DNA of 64,000 nt. Source: Klebsormidium nitens (Eukaryota; Plantae; Klebsormidiophyceae). Made by a program: the position numbers and the translations under genes. The notes beneath the pieces are model-generated. The model did no database searches. It saw only the letters and a program-made list of their open reading frames with translations, and was not told the DNA's origin. Location: NCBI GenBank assembly GCA_000708835.1, contig DF237264.1, forward strand, positions 1 through 64,000, written 5' to 3'. The stretch's first letter is position 1, and the number at the start of each line of letters is the position of its first letter. Of this stretch, positions 23,201 to 44,640 are shown one piece after another.

Positions 23201-26200
23201 GCACCAGTAAAAGTCCACCTTTTCCTCGGTTTCCCCCCCCCTTACAAAGGCTGACTACCGGTTTCCGCATTGGGCTCGGTACAAAAGCTAGACAGCTCGC
23301 ATGCAGCAGAATCAGAGTGAAGGAGCATCGCCAACCAACTCGCCTGCGAGATCATGGATGCCACGTGGCGCTCCCACAGCTCCCGGCCCCGCCAATCAAA
23401 GGCCGCCACGTTGCCCCGGGTGTCCACTCCAACGATCTCTAAGAACCCGTCGCCGTTGATGTCTGCTGCGACCACCTGACCCTGAATCTCGCCCATCTGA
23501 ATCGGGAAGTTCTCCCGGGGGTAGCCTGAAAAAACGGAAGATGGGCACTTCGCTTCAGTGAACTCAATGACCTTGGCATTTGCATTTTAATTGTGCTCGC
23601 GTTCTGGCTCAGGGATCCCAAATCAACGCCTTGATCTCGCCATTTGGATCGGGAAGTTCTCCCGGGGGTAGCCTGAAAAAGCAGAAGATGGGCGCTGTAC
23701 TTTCAGTGAACTCAATTAGAGTTGCTCTGCGTTTTTTTAGTTCTGCTCCTAGTGTTCTGGCTTTGGGATCCTCAGTTGACCCTGGATCTCGCCCACGTGG
23801 ATTAGAAAGTTCTCTCAGGAGTAGCTTGAACAAGCAAACGGTGGGCAGATTCCAGTCAGTGTCAGATAGCCTTGTAACCTATCTTGTTTTTTTTGGCCTA
23901 GCTTCTTGATATGAGAATCGTGACAGCGTTGCTCGGAGATTCCTGAGTCGGGACTTTAGATTTCTTTTGGGGATAGCCTGGAAATAGCAGAAGACAGGGA
24001 CGTTCAAAACTTACAGACCGGTCATCTCGTTTCTTATCTAGGTTCAGCTCTGGAACCCGTGTTTGCGTGTGTTGGGAAATCACTAAGCCACCCTGGATCT
24101 CGCGCACATTTCATTGGAAAGTCCTTCCGCGGGTAGCTATATGAAGCGGATACTGGGATAGTTTTCGCATCAATCTGGTATTCTTTGTTTCTGTGCGGCA
24201 TCCTGGGCTGGGAACCCGTGTAAGCGGGTGTTGGGGACTTCCAAGTAGCCTAGATATCGCCATTGCAACCAAATGCTCTTCGTCTGCGGACCCCCGACAA
24301 GTAGCCCAATCAAACAAGAGCAGCGTTTGGTTACGGAGCGCTCGACTGATATTTTCAACCTCAGCAGAACCGAGCACTTACCGACGTGGCTTAGGCAGTA
24401 AAGGAAGCCCTCGCTGGTGCCCACTAGGATCTCCATGTAGCCGTCTCGATCCAGGTCGACAACCGTGGGGTGAGAGTAGATGTAGGCTCGGTATTGGGTT
24501 GCATCGGTGGACAAATCTAGGTGGACGCTCCACTTGACGCGCATGTCCTGCAGATGATGGAGAAACTGGGGTTAGAGACCGGAGTTACGGGCTTGACTCA
24601 AGGGATTGAAGACTGGGAAGTATGGTCTCAGACTCTGTTTTGGGGTCTAGGAATCAATCGAACTGAATTTGGCATGATCCGACTCTAGTCATCACTGGAC
24701 GCCAAGGACGGGTCCAAGTTCACCTTGACGCGCATGTCCTAGAGATGTTGAGAGAAAGGCTTGAAGAGGGCGTCTACGTGACGTCATCACTGGGCCTTTT
24801 AAAGCAGGCCAGGCTTAAGTCATCGGGCCCAGACGCTAGTATTGATTGTTGGCGACAGGCTACCGGAAAGCCGTCCTCTAATATCCCAAGTGACGTTAGG
24901 GACTACGGATCCCAAATCCTTCTCGTTGAGGACTTGAGTATAGGTCAGACGGGACGAACCTATCTACAGTTAATGCATGACAATGTGCATTCTGACTGCC
25001 TTCAGCGATTCTTGCGAATCTTTTTCAAAGAAGAGCTTGTCGATAAGGAGGGAGACCTGAACACTGTAGTCGTCAGGCTTCTTCCTGAAACCCACGATAT
25101 CTCAGGTGATGTTCTCGGAAGAGTCAACATTGATAGTTACTGGAACCCACAACTCGAAGCCTGAAGCAACAAATGCCAAAAGCCCACACTTACAACAAGG
25201 TCGAACGCAACGATCCCGCCCGCAATGTACTTGTGCAAGTCGATGCCCTCCGGCAACTCCTTGGCATGCGCAGGGTCCTCGTAATACTCCACGTCGAAAA
25301 AGTACGACGCCGCAACAACGAGCTCGTCGCGCCCATCGCTATCAATGTCCGCAACCACCTGGTGAGAAGAAGCAAAAATATTACCACTCTAGTTTTCGTT
25401 GTTGGTGTAAAGAAGTAGAGCTTACGCCCGTTATATTTTCCGTTTTTAATGTGAAGAAGTGGGATCGCCCGACCTGGGTTCTTGACTTCCTTCAGTCCAG
25501 TGTAGTTTCGCTTGCAAGAGTTCGTTCAAAGAATGGCAGCCGTGACAACTAACTCGCCGCCTCCATCGCTGTCAATGTCGGCGACCACCTGCTGTGAAGA
25601 GGCCAAGAGTTAACCCACTCTGGTTTCAAAAGCAGAGGATTCTTCTACTCTATTTTTCTTGGTGAAACTTCCGTCAAGAGAAAAGGCGCTTGGACGGCCT
25701 CTTCGCCTTGCCCATTGCCCAACTCAAGTTCCACTCTCCGCTGCTCAAGGGGGAACGCAGACTGTGCGCATGCACAAGTACAAAATTCTCCCTAGCGTTG
25801 CCGCCAATCCTCAGCACTTGTGAAACATGTGCTATCTGTGACAGCACATTTTCATCCCCAAACCTGCAGGCAGCTGCATGCTTCCAAAGGCTCCCGTCTC
25901 TTAAGAGGCGAGCATTGATTGTGTGCACACACACAGAGTCCTTTCTACCGCGGGTGCGCCTTCTCACCAGTCTCAGCATTCCAACTTTGTCACTCGTCCC
26001 AGAAACGCAATCGTCATCCCCAAAACCTTGGTAGAAGTAGTGCCCAATTTCGCCGCCACTTACCGGCGAGCACAGAATGTGTGCGTCCACAAACACAAAG
26101 TCCTTCTCCATCTCGCGTGCGCCTTCCCGCCACTCCTCGTCCGCCCACATCTCCTCCGCATGCTCAAAGTCAAAGTCGTCAAAGTCCCACTCAGGATCGT

Positions 26201-29200
26201 CCTGCGTGTCTGCGCCGCCATCCTTATCAAAGATGTTAAACGTTTCCGCCGCTTCGGGGTCCAGTTTTCCCTCCGTTTCCGCCGTCGCGACCCCCTGGGT
26301 TTGGTCCTCGGCCAATAACCGCCGCCGGGTTACCTTTAACCCCTCGTTGAGTAGGTCCGCTTTGAGCGCACCGCCATGCAAATTTCCGTCCTCCCCCCCA
26401 CTTTCACTTTCCTCGCTGTTCGACACCCCCTCGTTAGACCAAAGCAGCCTTCGCCTCTGAGTAACAGCCGCCGCCACGCCCCCAGCTTCCCCTTCCTTCG
26501 CAGTACCCTCTGCCGTTTGCCCCGTCTCCGCAGTACCCTCACCCGTCTTCTCCGTTTCGGGGGTCTGCACGTGCCCGGTCGCCGGGCACCCATCGTCGTC
26601 GCACGGCGCAACAGTCCCCCCCGGTGCGGCGTCACCGCCAGAAATCGCTCCCCCCTCGGAAGCCACTTCCCCTTCCAACACCCGCGCATCCGCTGCCGCG
26701 CCCGCCTCTCCCAACCGGTTCGCCAGCCCGGTTTCGACCTCGTCGCCGTCCCCCGTATTGCTGTCTCCCTCCGGAACCTTCTTTTCCTCTGCGGCACCCC
26801 CCCCTCCTTCTCCATTTTCTTTTCCCGTCTCTTTCGTTTCCACCCCTTCGTTTACCCCCGTTTCGGTACCCACCTCAGCAGCCCCTCCCTCCCCCTCTTC
26901 CCCCCCGTCCCTTCCCTGGATCAAGAACCCCCCCGCAACGTGTAGCGCCCCCGCGCCGTCATCTTCCCCCCCGCTGCTGCCGCTTTCTTCCCCAGGCCCC
27001 CTAGGCTTCACCGCGTGCTCCGCCGCATGTGCGTGATCGGCCTCTTCGTCGCCGTCGATTGTGGAAGGAGATTGGATGGTCAAATCTTGGTCGCCGACGT
27101 CTGGTTTGCTGTGGTCTACCGGGTCTGGGTCGAGGCCGACGTACCAGTCTTTGTGGACTTTGAGGCGGGGGACCACTAGCTTGCTTGGTAGAAGCTCACC
27201 GCTTGGCCTGTGGGAGACGAGCAACTCAACGGTATCAACTTCCAATTTGGCACATGATGATGACAGCGCGGGCACCAATGAACGTCATGTTCAAAGGACG
27301 TTGGCGGACGACGCAGATGGTTCGCTTCCGGAGGTGTCGAAATGTAAGCTTTGTATGGCAGATGTGTTGGAAGCGGAAGTCTAGAGTGGACAGCCAAAGG
27401 GACAGGCCAGAATTAAAACATGATCGAAGGGCTTGAGGCGGCGAAACCGGACAGGTCGCAAAGTCTCTGATCGCTTAACATGTTGATCGGGTAGCAATGG
27501 ATCAGGAGTAGATGGAGGAGAAGGACGCAAGCAGAACGGATACGAAGGCAACAATTAAGCAGTGGCAGTGTCTTTCCAAGCGCAAAACACAAGCCGCAGA
27601 ACTCAATGAGGCCACATTTTCCAATGCAAGGACTCGTTCAAGATTGCGCGAACAGGCTGCAAACAAACTCTTTGAATCAATGGTTATGCTTGAGGAGAGT
27701 GGAACATATTCCCGAGCTGAAGCCTCTTTTTTCAGGACACAACCCCAGCCCTTTGGAAACGAACAGCAAAAACTTCCCAAACATCCTGGACGACTGATAG
27801 TGCTACACAAGGACTACAAATCTTGCAAGAATATTTCGAACGCAGTTTCTGCATTCCCATATTTTTGCAGTTCACCTGAAGAATAGGATCTCGCCGTTGT
27901 AGGTGGCCAACCCAACCTCTCTGACGCCGTCCTTATCCACATCGTACAGAAAGGGGCTGCTGTGGACGCTAGACTTGTGGAAGGCCGGCCAGCCTGCGTA
28001 GAGGGGAACTCACATTTTAGCATGTGAGATTCTCCATTTTTCTATCCACAACAAGGCTGTGTCTGATTGCAAGGTGGACAGAAAAGGGCTGCGTCGTGTT
28101 GAAAAGTCAGCAAGGGGGGGCATCGTTGAAAGGCCTTGCCATGCGCAACGAGAATGCCACAATAAAAAGGGACCAGATCTGCAGATACGCTCACTTCCGA
28201 GTAGCAACTTCTGGAAGGGCAAAGTACGAGGCGTATCGAAAAGCCTTCTCTTGGCTAAACGTGATCTAGAAAAGCTGACTGTTATAACCATTGCTGAAAG
28301 CAGTGACCTACATGGTCGGCACAGAGAAACCATTGGTATCATGTCCCTGACCAGGCGCTGATACCGTACTCCCGACGTGTAACTCGGAACGATTCTTTAC
28401 GAGATCATCTTCAAATCCGACAGGTGAAAGGGAATTGTCTATGCTGTTTCCGATCCAAATCCGACTGCCTTATGTTTTCACCTGAAAAGCAGTTTTGAGG
28501 CTAACCTTGGCTGGACTTCTTTCCCCTTTCCAATGGCCCATTCTGATTACATTAGCCCTTCTGGATCTGCCGGAACACAAAAGCGAAACATCTAGCTTTC
28601 TAAACGCAGATTATTGATTAGTTTTTTGAATCATAACGTTGGATTACGGTGAGTCGTTCCACTCGTGATGCATGAGAAAGCACGTTGAACCTGACCTGGC
28701 AGCTTCTCTCCGTCGGTGCCCTCCAAGACGTCCAGGTAGTGGATGAAAGAGGGCACAATCACCTCGGACCTGCCGTCACTGCAAATGCACGAGAAGCCTA
28801 TGCAATAAGCACCAAAGACATGTTGTTGCGGATTGTTTTCCGCGGCATGTGCTGCTCCACTTTGATTCCTGTACTTTACAGCCAGAATTTTTTTCCTTCA
28901 GGAGGTAGTGATGCTCCGGAGTGCGCTGGACTGGTACAGAGATTCATGTAGAACACCGGTGGAACTGTTCAACTGGGAAAGTGCACAGTTGGAGGTAAAA
29001 GAGTATTACACACTGCACACTTGACAGGAACACAAAGGGCCAAATGACAAGGTGCTGGTCCGATGAAAAGTCAGATTTGGGGCTTGACTCGTCCGGGCCA
29101 AAGAGACAAGATGCAACCTGCACGTATAGAAACACAACCCACACGCTGTGAAAGATGTAGATTGCCCGGAGCAACTTGAAGATTGCATTGGGCCCCACCT

Positions 29201-30267
29201 GTTGATGTCTGCAACTAGAGGCGTGGAGTAGATGCTGGCGCTAACTTCCGACATCCACCGCAGCTCCACGTTTTTGGGGCACTGCGTGTTGCCAGCCGAG
29301 GGCTCCTCATCCCTGCAAGCAATAGGGCGAAAAAGAACGTCTCTGTAACACGTTGCTCCCGCACTCGTTACGATTTTCCTCTTTCCGAAGGTGCCCTGAG
29401 CAGCTCACGCACTAGTCGAACGAAATCTGAAGATCTGTCAGGAATGTCCCCGTTGTGACTCCACAAACATCAGGCCATTGATCCAGAATGAGGGCATGCC
29501 AAACAACTGTGTACATCGAGCAAACCCCGGGGGGGGTTTTTTCAGATTACGAAGGCATAAGTATAGAGCTCTGCAAGGACTGTCAGCTTGAAAGCCTACG
29601 GGCCCAACTATTCCAAGAAGGATTAGTCTCGAAGGCCCGTTCGTTTGAAGTGGGAATGCAGAATTTTAAAAAGCAGAACCATGTACCAAGGAGGTTCTTA
29701 AAATAAGGAACCTGTCGACATTACAAAGGGAGGGCCTAACTGCTTCATCCTTCTTGCACACCACCATTTAATGGCTCCTCAAAAGGATTTGAAACAATAA
29801 CCATATCATCCCGAAAATGAGCTCCTACCGTCGACCGTTTTTCTAGGTTCATTCTGCACTAGCTGCTTAAATGAACCAAAGTATTGCCAAGTGCCAACAT
29901 ACTGACTGATGAGACTATAAGTGAGGTCACACAGCACGTGCAACGTTAGAGAAGATGCACTCCATCACCAGAACCTGTTTGACAATCATAAGCTTCCGCA
30001 GCATTCTCTCGATGAATCGGGTCGAAATTGGCATGCTTGATTCTCCACTCACTGAGAAGCAGGTGCCGATCCATCCTTGCTCGCCTCCCGCTGCAAGAAC
30101 TTGTTTTGTGCACTGTTTGCCAGATTGTCGTCGTGAGCGATCGGATCAGAAAGCTGTCCGCAGATTGGCCCCACAAAGGCATCCAAGACAAGCAGCACGA
30201 CCAGAAAGTAGGCTTGGCCTCGGGCGTGCTCTCGAACGCCCCGCTCAATGCGATGCGACCAGGCCAT
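20210..30267 (-). CDS. DEX1: DEFECTIVE IN EXINE FORMATION 1 homolog (FG-GAP repeat membrane protein), about 1020 aa
   Basis: 11 phase-consistent exons: 30267-30053, 29312-29199, 28778-28696, 27993-27876, 27207-26064, 25358-25194, 24547-24382, 23525-23344 (GC donor), 22228-21827, 21176-21009, 20524-20210. Hallmark motifs: [78 protein letters not shown]. Confidence 0.95.
21406..21495. repeat. 90-bp intronic element with 18-bp inverted ends and an internal 27-bp direct repeat
   Basis: ctcaggaagaagcctgaa ... ttcaggcttctttctgag (17/18 inverted match) enclosing two copies of aagcctgaaaggggtattaccagatcc. Confidence 0.75.
23600..24250 (-). repeat. At least four progressively degenerate copies of the acceptor + 5' end of DEX1 exon 8
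   Basis: The plus-strand motif atctcgccc..atc.ggaagttctcc.gggggtagcctgaaaaa recurs at about 23635, 23785, 23955 and 24095; period about 150 bp. Confidence 0.85.
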
Positions 30268-30977
30268 GATACCGTCTGATTGCCGAGAGTGAAAGGCACC
30301 AATCCGGACCCCGGTTCAACGCTAAAACTCCAATGGAACGCCACAATGCATCAGACTTCAGTTGCACCACTGCATAATCCTGTTCGTATCCCCCTTGATG
30401 AGAGCCACCGTGATACTGTTCAAACCTCGCAGAAGCCGGCCATCAAGAGCACCTCCTTGGCAGATCTCCTCGTAGCCCCAGGCAAGGCTCTTCCTTCAAA
30501 CCCTAAAACCCTAAGATGCAAATCTGCAAATTCTAATACCAGCACTTGAAACCCTAATAGGCCTGCTCCATGCAGACGTGGCAGCGCCTGAGACAGCAGA
30601 TCGCAGCTCGCTCTGGTGCTGCCACTGCTGGTTTCATGGCGTCGCAATCCGTGAAGCAAAGATCCAGCAGACAGCGCAGGGACTGGCTGTCGGGGAGACG
30701 GGCGCCTAAGCACATCAGGACGCAGGTTTACAAGCTGGCCGACTTATTCCTCTACCTTCGTTATTTCACAAGTGAAAGAGGTATCTGAGGGAGTCGCCAA
30801 TGCATCAAATTGAAAGATCTATCAACACTTTGCAGACACGTCCTAAAGCTTTGCACTAAAAAAGGGGAACTTCCTGTTTTGGTGGTTGGTTCCTTGGAGA
30901 GCTTCATCTCTGACTGGCGCTGATTGTGCATTTGTCAGCAGACCATCAGTGTTGAAAAGAAGATCTGAGCAGACAGG

Positions 30978-38724
<7,747 letters not shown>

Positions 38725-40407
38725 CGTGGATGTGTCGTGCAAATGTACTCTGATTAAATAAAAAACGCACACAAGGTATTGCAGCAGATCGTCCATGAGG
38801 AAGACAGGTGAAGTTCTGAAGTGGAACGCTACCTTGAAAGATATCGAATTTGGATGTTCGATATTCCATTCATGCATCTGAGTACGTATACCGTTGGCCG
38901 CAGATCGTTGAGGGCAGTACCGTACGTCGATCTACATGCACAATTGATCAACTGGCAAACCGTGTCCATACCATGTTGATTGGTCGGACTCGACCTTCCT
39001 TCAAAGCCACTAGTTTGAGTCGAGCCAGCTAATTGAGCTATCGAGCTGTCGGCCGGCGATCATTGATTGTTCAAACAACTGCAATCTAATACCTGTCTGT
39101 CCGATTCAATGGTTCTTAAGTAGAACTCGAGTCCGCAATGGTGACTCGGACGCGCGATCGACCCGGCCCGACTCATGCGGTTGCAGGAGAATGCAACTTA
39201 TTTGCCGCCGGCCGGCCTTAAATATGAACTCTCCGACATGCAATTAATTTTGGCCTAGCAGCTTAGTGGCATGTTCACGTCGGACGCACTGGTAAACTTA
39301 TGTACTCAATCAATTACACCGCATGATGCGCAATCATATAAGTTGGATTCAACGATTGACCCCGGCCGGGCGGAAGTAAATCAAGCAAGCTTTCAGTTTT
39401 GGACATTTTTACGATATAGATTGCCCGTCCAACCGTCGGCCGGTTTAGATCCGATTATAGGCCGCCTGGCGGCCACAAGCGCTCATCACGTATACTGGGC
39501 CGGCCACCATGTCCGGACGGTGGCCCCCGCCCTTCAGTACAGTATTAGTATCCGACTAGATGCTGGCATATTTGATCGCATGAAGTGAATCGAACGTGTG
39601 CCAGTGAACCTGGCTTAATTGCGCCGGCGCCGGCGCCAGGCCGCGGGCCAGTCGCGTAATTCAATGGTCTGGGAGGGCGCGCATAGCTGAACCCGATCGA
39701 CCGTCCGCGCGGTCGGGCGTGAGAGAAACAGAGGCGGGCGGCCTGCCGGGTTGTGGCCCGCCACGCAATTGCTGTTGGTAACCTGCTTTTAAGAAGTTCG
39801 CTGACAACCCGTTTGAGTCGGAAGCAAGTAGCATGCCGCACACCCTAACACCGTGATCATTTGACTTTATCAGTAGATTGTAACAGCTTGAAGGTGATGT
39901 ACGAAATATGAACCACTCTAGCTGATTGAGCGCTTTGGACGCCAACTATGATGCAAGCCGACTCAATATGCTTAGCGCGCGGCGCTTGGACGAAGAAAAG
40001 TCTTCCGTCGAATGGGAAGGTGACTCAAGTAGTCCTGAAACGAACTGCCGGAGTTTGAACCCAGCCTCTCACTAATCCTCTATCTGGTCTGGTTACACCT
40101 GGTCGACTTTGATTCCGCTTCTTTTGACTGCTTAGTAAGTTGCTGACTTCTGCACCGTCCTTTACGTCAGTACGAGCCTAGCTTCAGCGTTCTGCTTTAA
40201 TGAGTGACTGGTCGTCACTCGGAGGGGATCAATATGCTGACGTTGTACTTGTACAATTGTATGCTGACCAGAGTCTCTGTAAACTGATGCACGGAGCCTA
40301 AGTTTGCACGCCGGCAAGACGTGTTTGCCGCCACTGTTCTTTCGTATTTATAAGAGCACCGCTTTGAGTACTACTTTATCCACACGGATGCTTTGGGTGT
40401 AACGAAA

Positions 40408-43400
40408 TTAATCCACTTTTGCTTCGCAGTTCGCCTCCCACATAGTGTAATTGCTAAAATGCGTCTGCTCTGCCACTTCATCCGGCACCAAAACGCACCC
40501 TTCCGCAAACGTCACCCTTTCGGGGAACCAATCGCACTCCGCGCGAACTACGTGGCCCTGCTCCACCCTCATCTCGCACTGCGGTGGTTTTCTCCCGATC
40601 CTAGTTCGTCTCTCCGCCAACCTTTCCCCGCTACTTTTCCCCTCCGGAATCTCCGCACTCCCCACCACCCCTAAGCGGAAGTTCTCCGCCATTATCCCCT
40701 CGTAAACGTTAAAAAGCCGCTGAGCGTCCCAGATATTTACCATGTGTCCGTAGTGCCCCCCCCTCCGCTGGTCGCTGACGTGGGACGACCAGAACCGGTC
40801 CAGAAAGTGCAGGCGCGTCGATGCTCCGGCGACCTGCGCGCGCATGATGCGGGCGATGTGTCGCCACTGCATGAGCGCGAACCGGGAGTGGTACAGCACG
40901 TTCTGGAAGCCGACGTTGCTCGTCAGCGTTCCCCAGACGCACACCTGCGGGGCGAGGAAAAACATTGTAAGCCGTCACCGTCGTCCCCTCGATCTCGCTT
41001 GTATGAGAAGTTCAGGACGCATATGCAGTCCGGTTCTTGCATTTAGAGTCTTACAGATTGACAGCGTCGTGTGGGTTTTGCGAGAGATCTGTGCAAGTCT
41101 AAGGTCGCTGGTCATGAGCGTTCCCCGTACGCAGTTTGGAAGCAGTATCTGTTCGCATGTCTTCAAAACACAACTGCCAGATTTAGGCCGCTGCCAAGGT
41201 AGCTTGCATTGAGTATGTTTGATATCCGGCCTGCTTTTTGTCGGATCGACTATAAGCGGAAGGAACTTTATTAGCGGGCGATACGAAGATGCACATGCAA
41301 CCAAAAGCTTACAAAGGAGCCCCTGCCCAACACACGAAGGCTGTTGGCGCACTAAGGGAGAGGAAAAGGCGCCGACGACATTTTCAGGACTGGAAAGATT
41401 TGAGAAAAGGTCCCCTTGATATAACGAGATGTATGATAGATCGACTGTAATGTCTGTGAAAGACGGGACCTCCGATAAACCTGCGAAACTTCGTACGAAC
41501 CCGTGACAGCCGTTCGTAACGATCCGGGTGCTTGCTTGATTGAATCACTCAGTTCAGCGGTTTTGGATCTGATTGTCGGACGTTAAACGGCAAAGTGAAG
41601 CCTTCGCGCATAAAAGTCCAGCCTGCCTATCCATTGCAACTCCGTATTCCAGCTTGGAAAACCGAACTTCAGGGAATGACAATTCTCCATATGAATGTGA
41701 AACCAACAGGCTTTCTCAAGAGGGCCCTTTGCATGTTTCTGGCTATGGGGTACTGACTTGCTGACGTCACTTTCCACTAACTAGACCCGACACTTTTCGG
41801 CGACTCGCATGCAGACGTCTTACTTAACAGGTTGCCAGATCCACGCTCATTTCTAAACCACCCGCCTCACCTGTCGCTGGGGATCACACGTAGACGCGAT
41901 ATGGTCCATCAGAACGCCATACATTCTGTCCGTTTCCGTCCAGTTCCGTTTCCGCTGGTCCTGGAAAAAGGCGTCCCAGCTGCCGCTGTTGAAGTAGAGC
42001 AAGTCCGGCTGCCAGTCCTTCTCCCCGATTGTCTCTGGAATCTTTTGGAGCACGTTCCCAACGTCCTGCGAAGATCGGGAATCAAGTAAGTGCCGCAGAG
42101 TCGTCGGGAACCAAGCGAGGCTTGTCTTTGGGCGTGCAGGGTTCGGCCCGGTTTGGAAGTACTAAGATTGTTGACGGGTCCTTGCGACTTTGCTCAGGAG
42201 ATGCATGTTGAGATCGAAAAATTCAGAGACTGAATCCGTGCTCAAATGTAGGATTAATTTAGGCGGCAAAGAAACATTACGAGGTTGGCAGATTGGGTAA
42301 TTCGGTGTAACCCTCTGCCCGAATGTTTGATTGGAGGAACTTGGAAGAGCTTTGAGCATCCTGAAAGAGACGGATTTACAATTGTGCCTGTCACTTCTCT
42401 TGTGTGCTTCCGAAAACCGGAGACAAGATACGGAAGTATTGTCGGAGGAACAGGGTTTGAGAAACTGATGTGAGTCCTTCTGTAGCTTTCGATGCTTGGA
42501 AAGGCATGGTGCCAACTTTACAAGTAGGTTGCCTGGAGGTTCGACATATAATAGGCCGGCATGGCTCTATTTGAGGAAGAAGAAAGACACTGAGCATGGC
42601 AACAGAGAAGCAAAGTACGACAAGGTGCAATCACCAACTCGAAAGATCTCTTTACATCACCCTTGTTTGGGTGTGGCAGCTGATGATTGATATGTTAAGC
42701 TCAGATGGAGCCTGCGTTGTTTGATTTCGGTGCGTTCTGTATTTTGTTAGATTGTCACTTCCAAGAAACAATTCTAACCACCAAACATACTCATAAGCTG
42801 AAGGCACTCACCTCCCGCATCCGATAGCTTATGCGCACGCTGTATGGCTCCGTTGGCAGCTTATCCGGGTTCAGAATGTCTCGTGCGGTCTTGAACAGAA
42901 TGCTCCCGTCCCCCCTGAAAAAATAGTCCACGATCGCAATGTGGGGAAACTCGTCCCACTCCCCCGTGCCATTGAACCAGAGCGTGTCGCTGTACGGCTG
43001 GTTATGGGTGGGATCTAGAATGGTAAGGAGTCCCAAGCACAAGGCCCTCGTGTTTGAGTCGCCGATGAAGAACACCCATTTCCCCGCAAAGAGGCGGAGA
43101 ATGTCTTCCTTCGAGTAAAAATGGTAGAAGCAGGGGGGCTGAAAATGAAGCTGCCCATCAGAGCGCTCTGTTAGATTCTCTACAAGGTCAGGGAATGCGT
43201 CGAGAACGGACCCAAAGTCATCTCCCTCATACTCCAAACCCGCGGTGCGCTCCGGGGAAAGGGATCCCTCCGCTTCGTCAAGAAAGACTTGCATGGCGTC
43301 ATATGGAAGCGGGACGAAAGAAGAGTTGCGCCAGGAGCCTAGTAACGTTCCTGACGTGCATTGCCTCAGCCCTCCTTTTTGAGCTTCCAAAGCCTGCCCC

Positions 43401-43906
43401 GCTAAACCTGACTGCATTGGGAGCTCATTCTCTCCAGCTGCTCTTGCAGCCAGCTCATCGGCAGCCAGCTCACCGTCTTTGTCTAGCTCCTCTAATGACA
43501 TGTCAGAAAGAGAATCCTTCTTCGATCCAGTCTGATATGTCCCTCCCTGCCCTCTGAAACTAGCAAAGAACGCCCCCCAGGTTTGGTTCAAGCCGTCTAC
43601 CGCTGCCCGAGTCCCCACTTGATCGGTTCTAAGCCTCTCCATGTCTTTGCGCATGTCGGACATCTCAGACCTGATCGCATCAAGCCGCGCATCCTCCCTG
43701 CCAAACCCCACCTTGTCCGAAAGGCTTTGGAAGAATGCTGACACATTGCTGACGTCGGCGGAGGATCCTTCAGATGTCGTGTCAAGCGGGTTGTGATTTG
43801 CGACGAGGGTGGCGTAGAGTGAGAACAAGAGGAGAACTGTGAGAGCCACAATGGCAGCCAGTCTGATCCCAAGCACTCTCTTCTGTAGTATACCCTGGGG
43901 CGCCAT
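40408..43906 (-). CDS. Type II membrane PC-esterase / SGNH-like protein (probable glycan O-acyl transferase or esterase), about 608 aa
   Basis: Exons 43906-42812, 42065-41871, 40944-40408 (phase 0, 0). N-terminal transmembrane segment (LAAIVALTVLLLFSLYATLV), GKWVFFIGDSNTR block, PDLLYFNSGSWD block and a C-terminal GGHY histidine motif. Confidence 0.85.
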
Positions 43907-44589
43907 GCTGCTATTGGCATTGACAACGACCTAAGCCCTCCACTTGCAGCTCAAAGTATTCCGGCAGAACATGACGGAAGCAAAAGACGCCGGTAGCAAG
44001 CAAGGTGCAGAAACCTGATTTAGCTTCCTGTGGAGGGCCTGATGGGGTTGCTTTGCTACTTTCCCAACTGCAGGGGCTGTGCCAATACCGTCGCAGACTC
44101 AGAGGAGCTGAGCTAGGGGTTACGATTTCTACACATCCTAGCTGAATCACATTAGAAGGAAACGCTGGCGCCTGTACCTCAAATTCAGTTCTTAGGATCA
44201 TCTGAGTCACACAGGAGATACAGAGGAGACATCCAAGAAACTGCAGGCTGCTGCTCTTTCACAATGATTGTTGCAGGCGCACTAGGACAAGATGTCAAAG
44301 CCCTGCGCGCTTGATGGAAAGTGACTTCCGCATTGCGTCCTCGATTTGAGAGTCGACTCAAACTTCAAAGAGTGGACAACTCTGCAAATTGATTTTGTCA
44401 TGTGCTCATCAGCCTCTAGGTATAATAATGTCATATTTGGTGAACGGTAGGCACTTGTGCAATTATTGGAATAATCTCTCATTGGTCAGAATCTAGAATG
44501 TTTTGACAGAAAACTGTTACATGAGCCCCGAGCACATCTGTTATTAATTTAAGCACCAACCCAAAAATCTACGCCGCTACGCGCTTCTT

Positions 44590-44640
44590 TCCCCGCACAT
44601 ACCTACCCTAACCTCCAGCTAACCCTAACCGTTCCCCGGG
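44590..44640 (-). repeat. Third, diverged copy of the telomere-like G-rich core
   Basis: The reverse complement gggaacggttagggttagctggaggttagggtaggtatgtgcgggg resembles the cores at about 12930 and 54920. Confidence 0.55.

Noticed and set aside
25919-27036. Several Pro/Ser-rich plus-strand ORFs
   Set aside because: Antisense or alternative-frame shadows of the large DEX1 exon.
40030-40075. B-box-like GGGTTCAAACTCC (a similar motif lies near 20170)
   Set aside because: No A-box or cloverleaf; not enough for a tRNA or SINE call.
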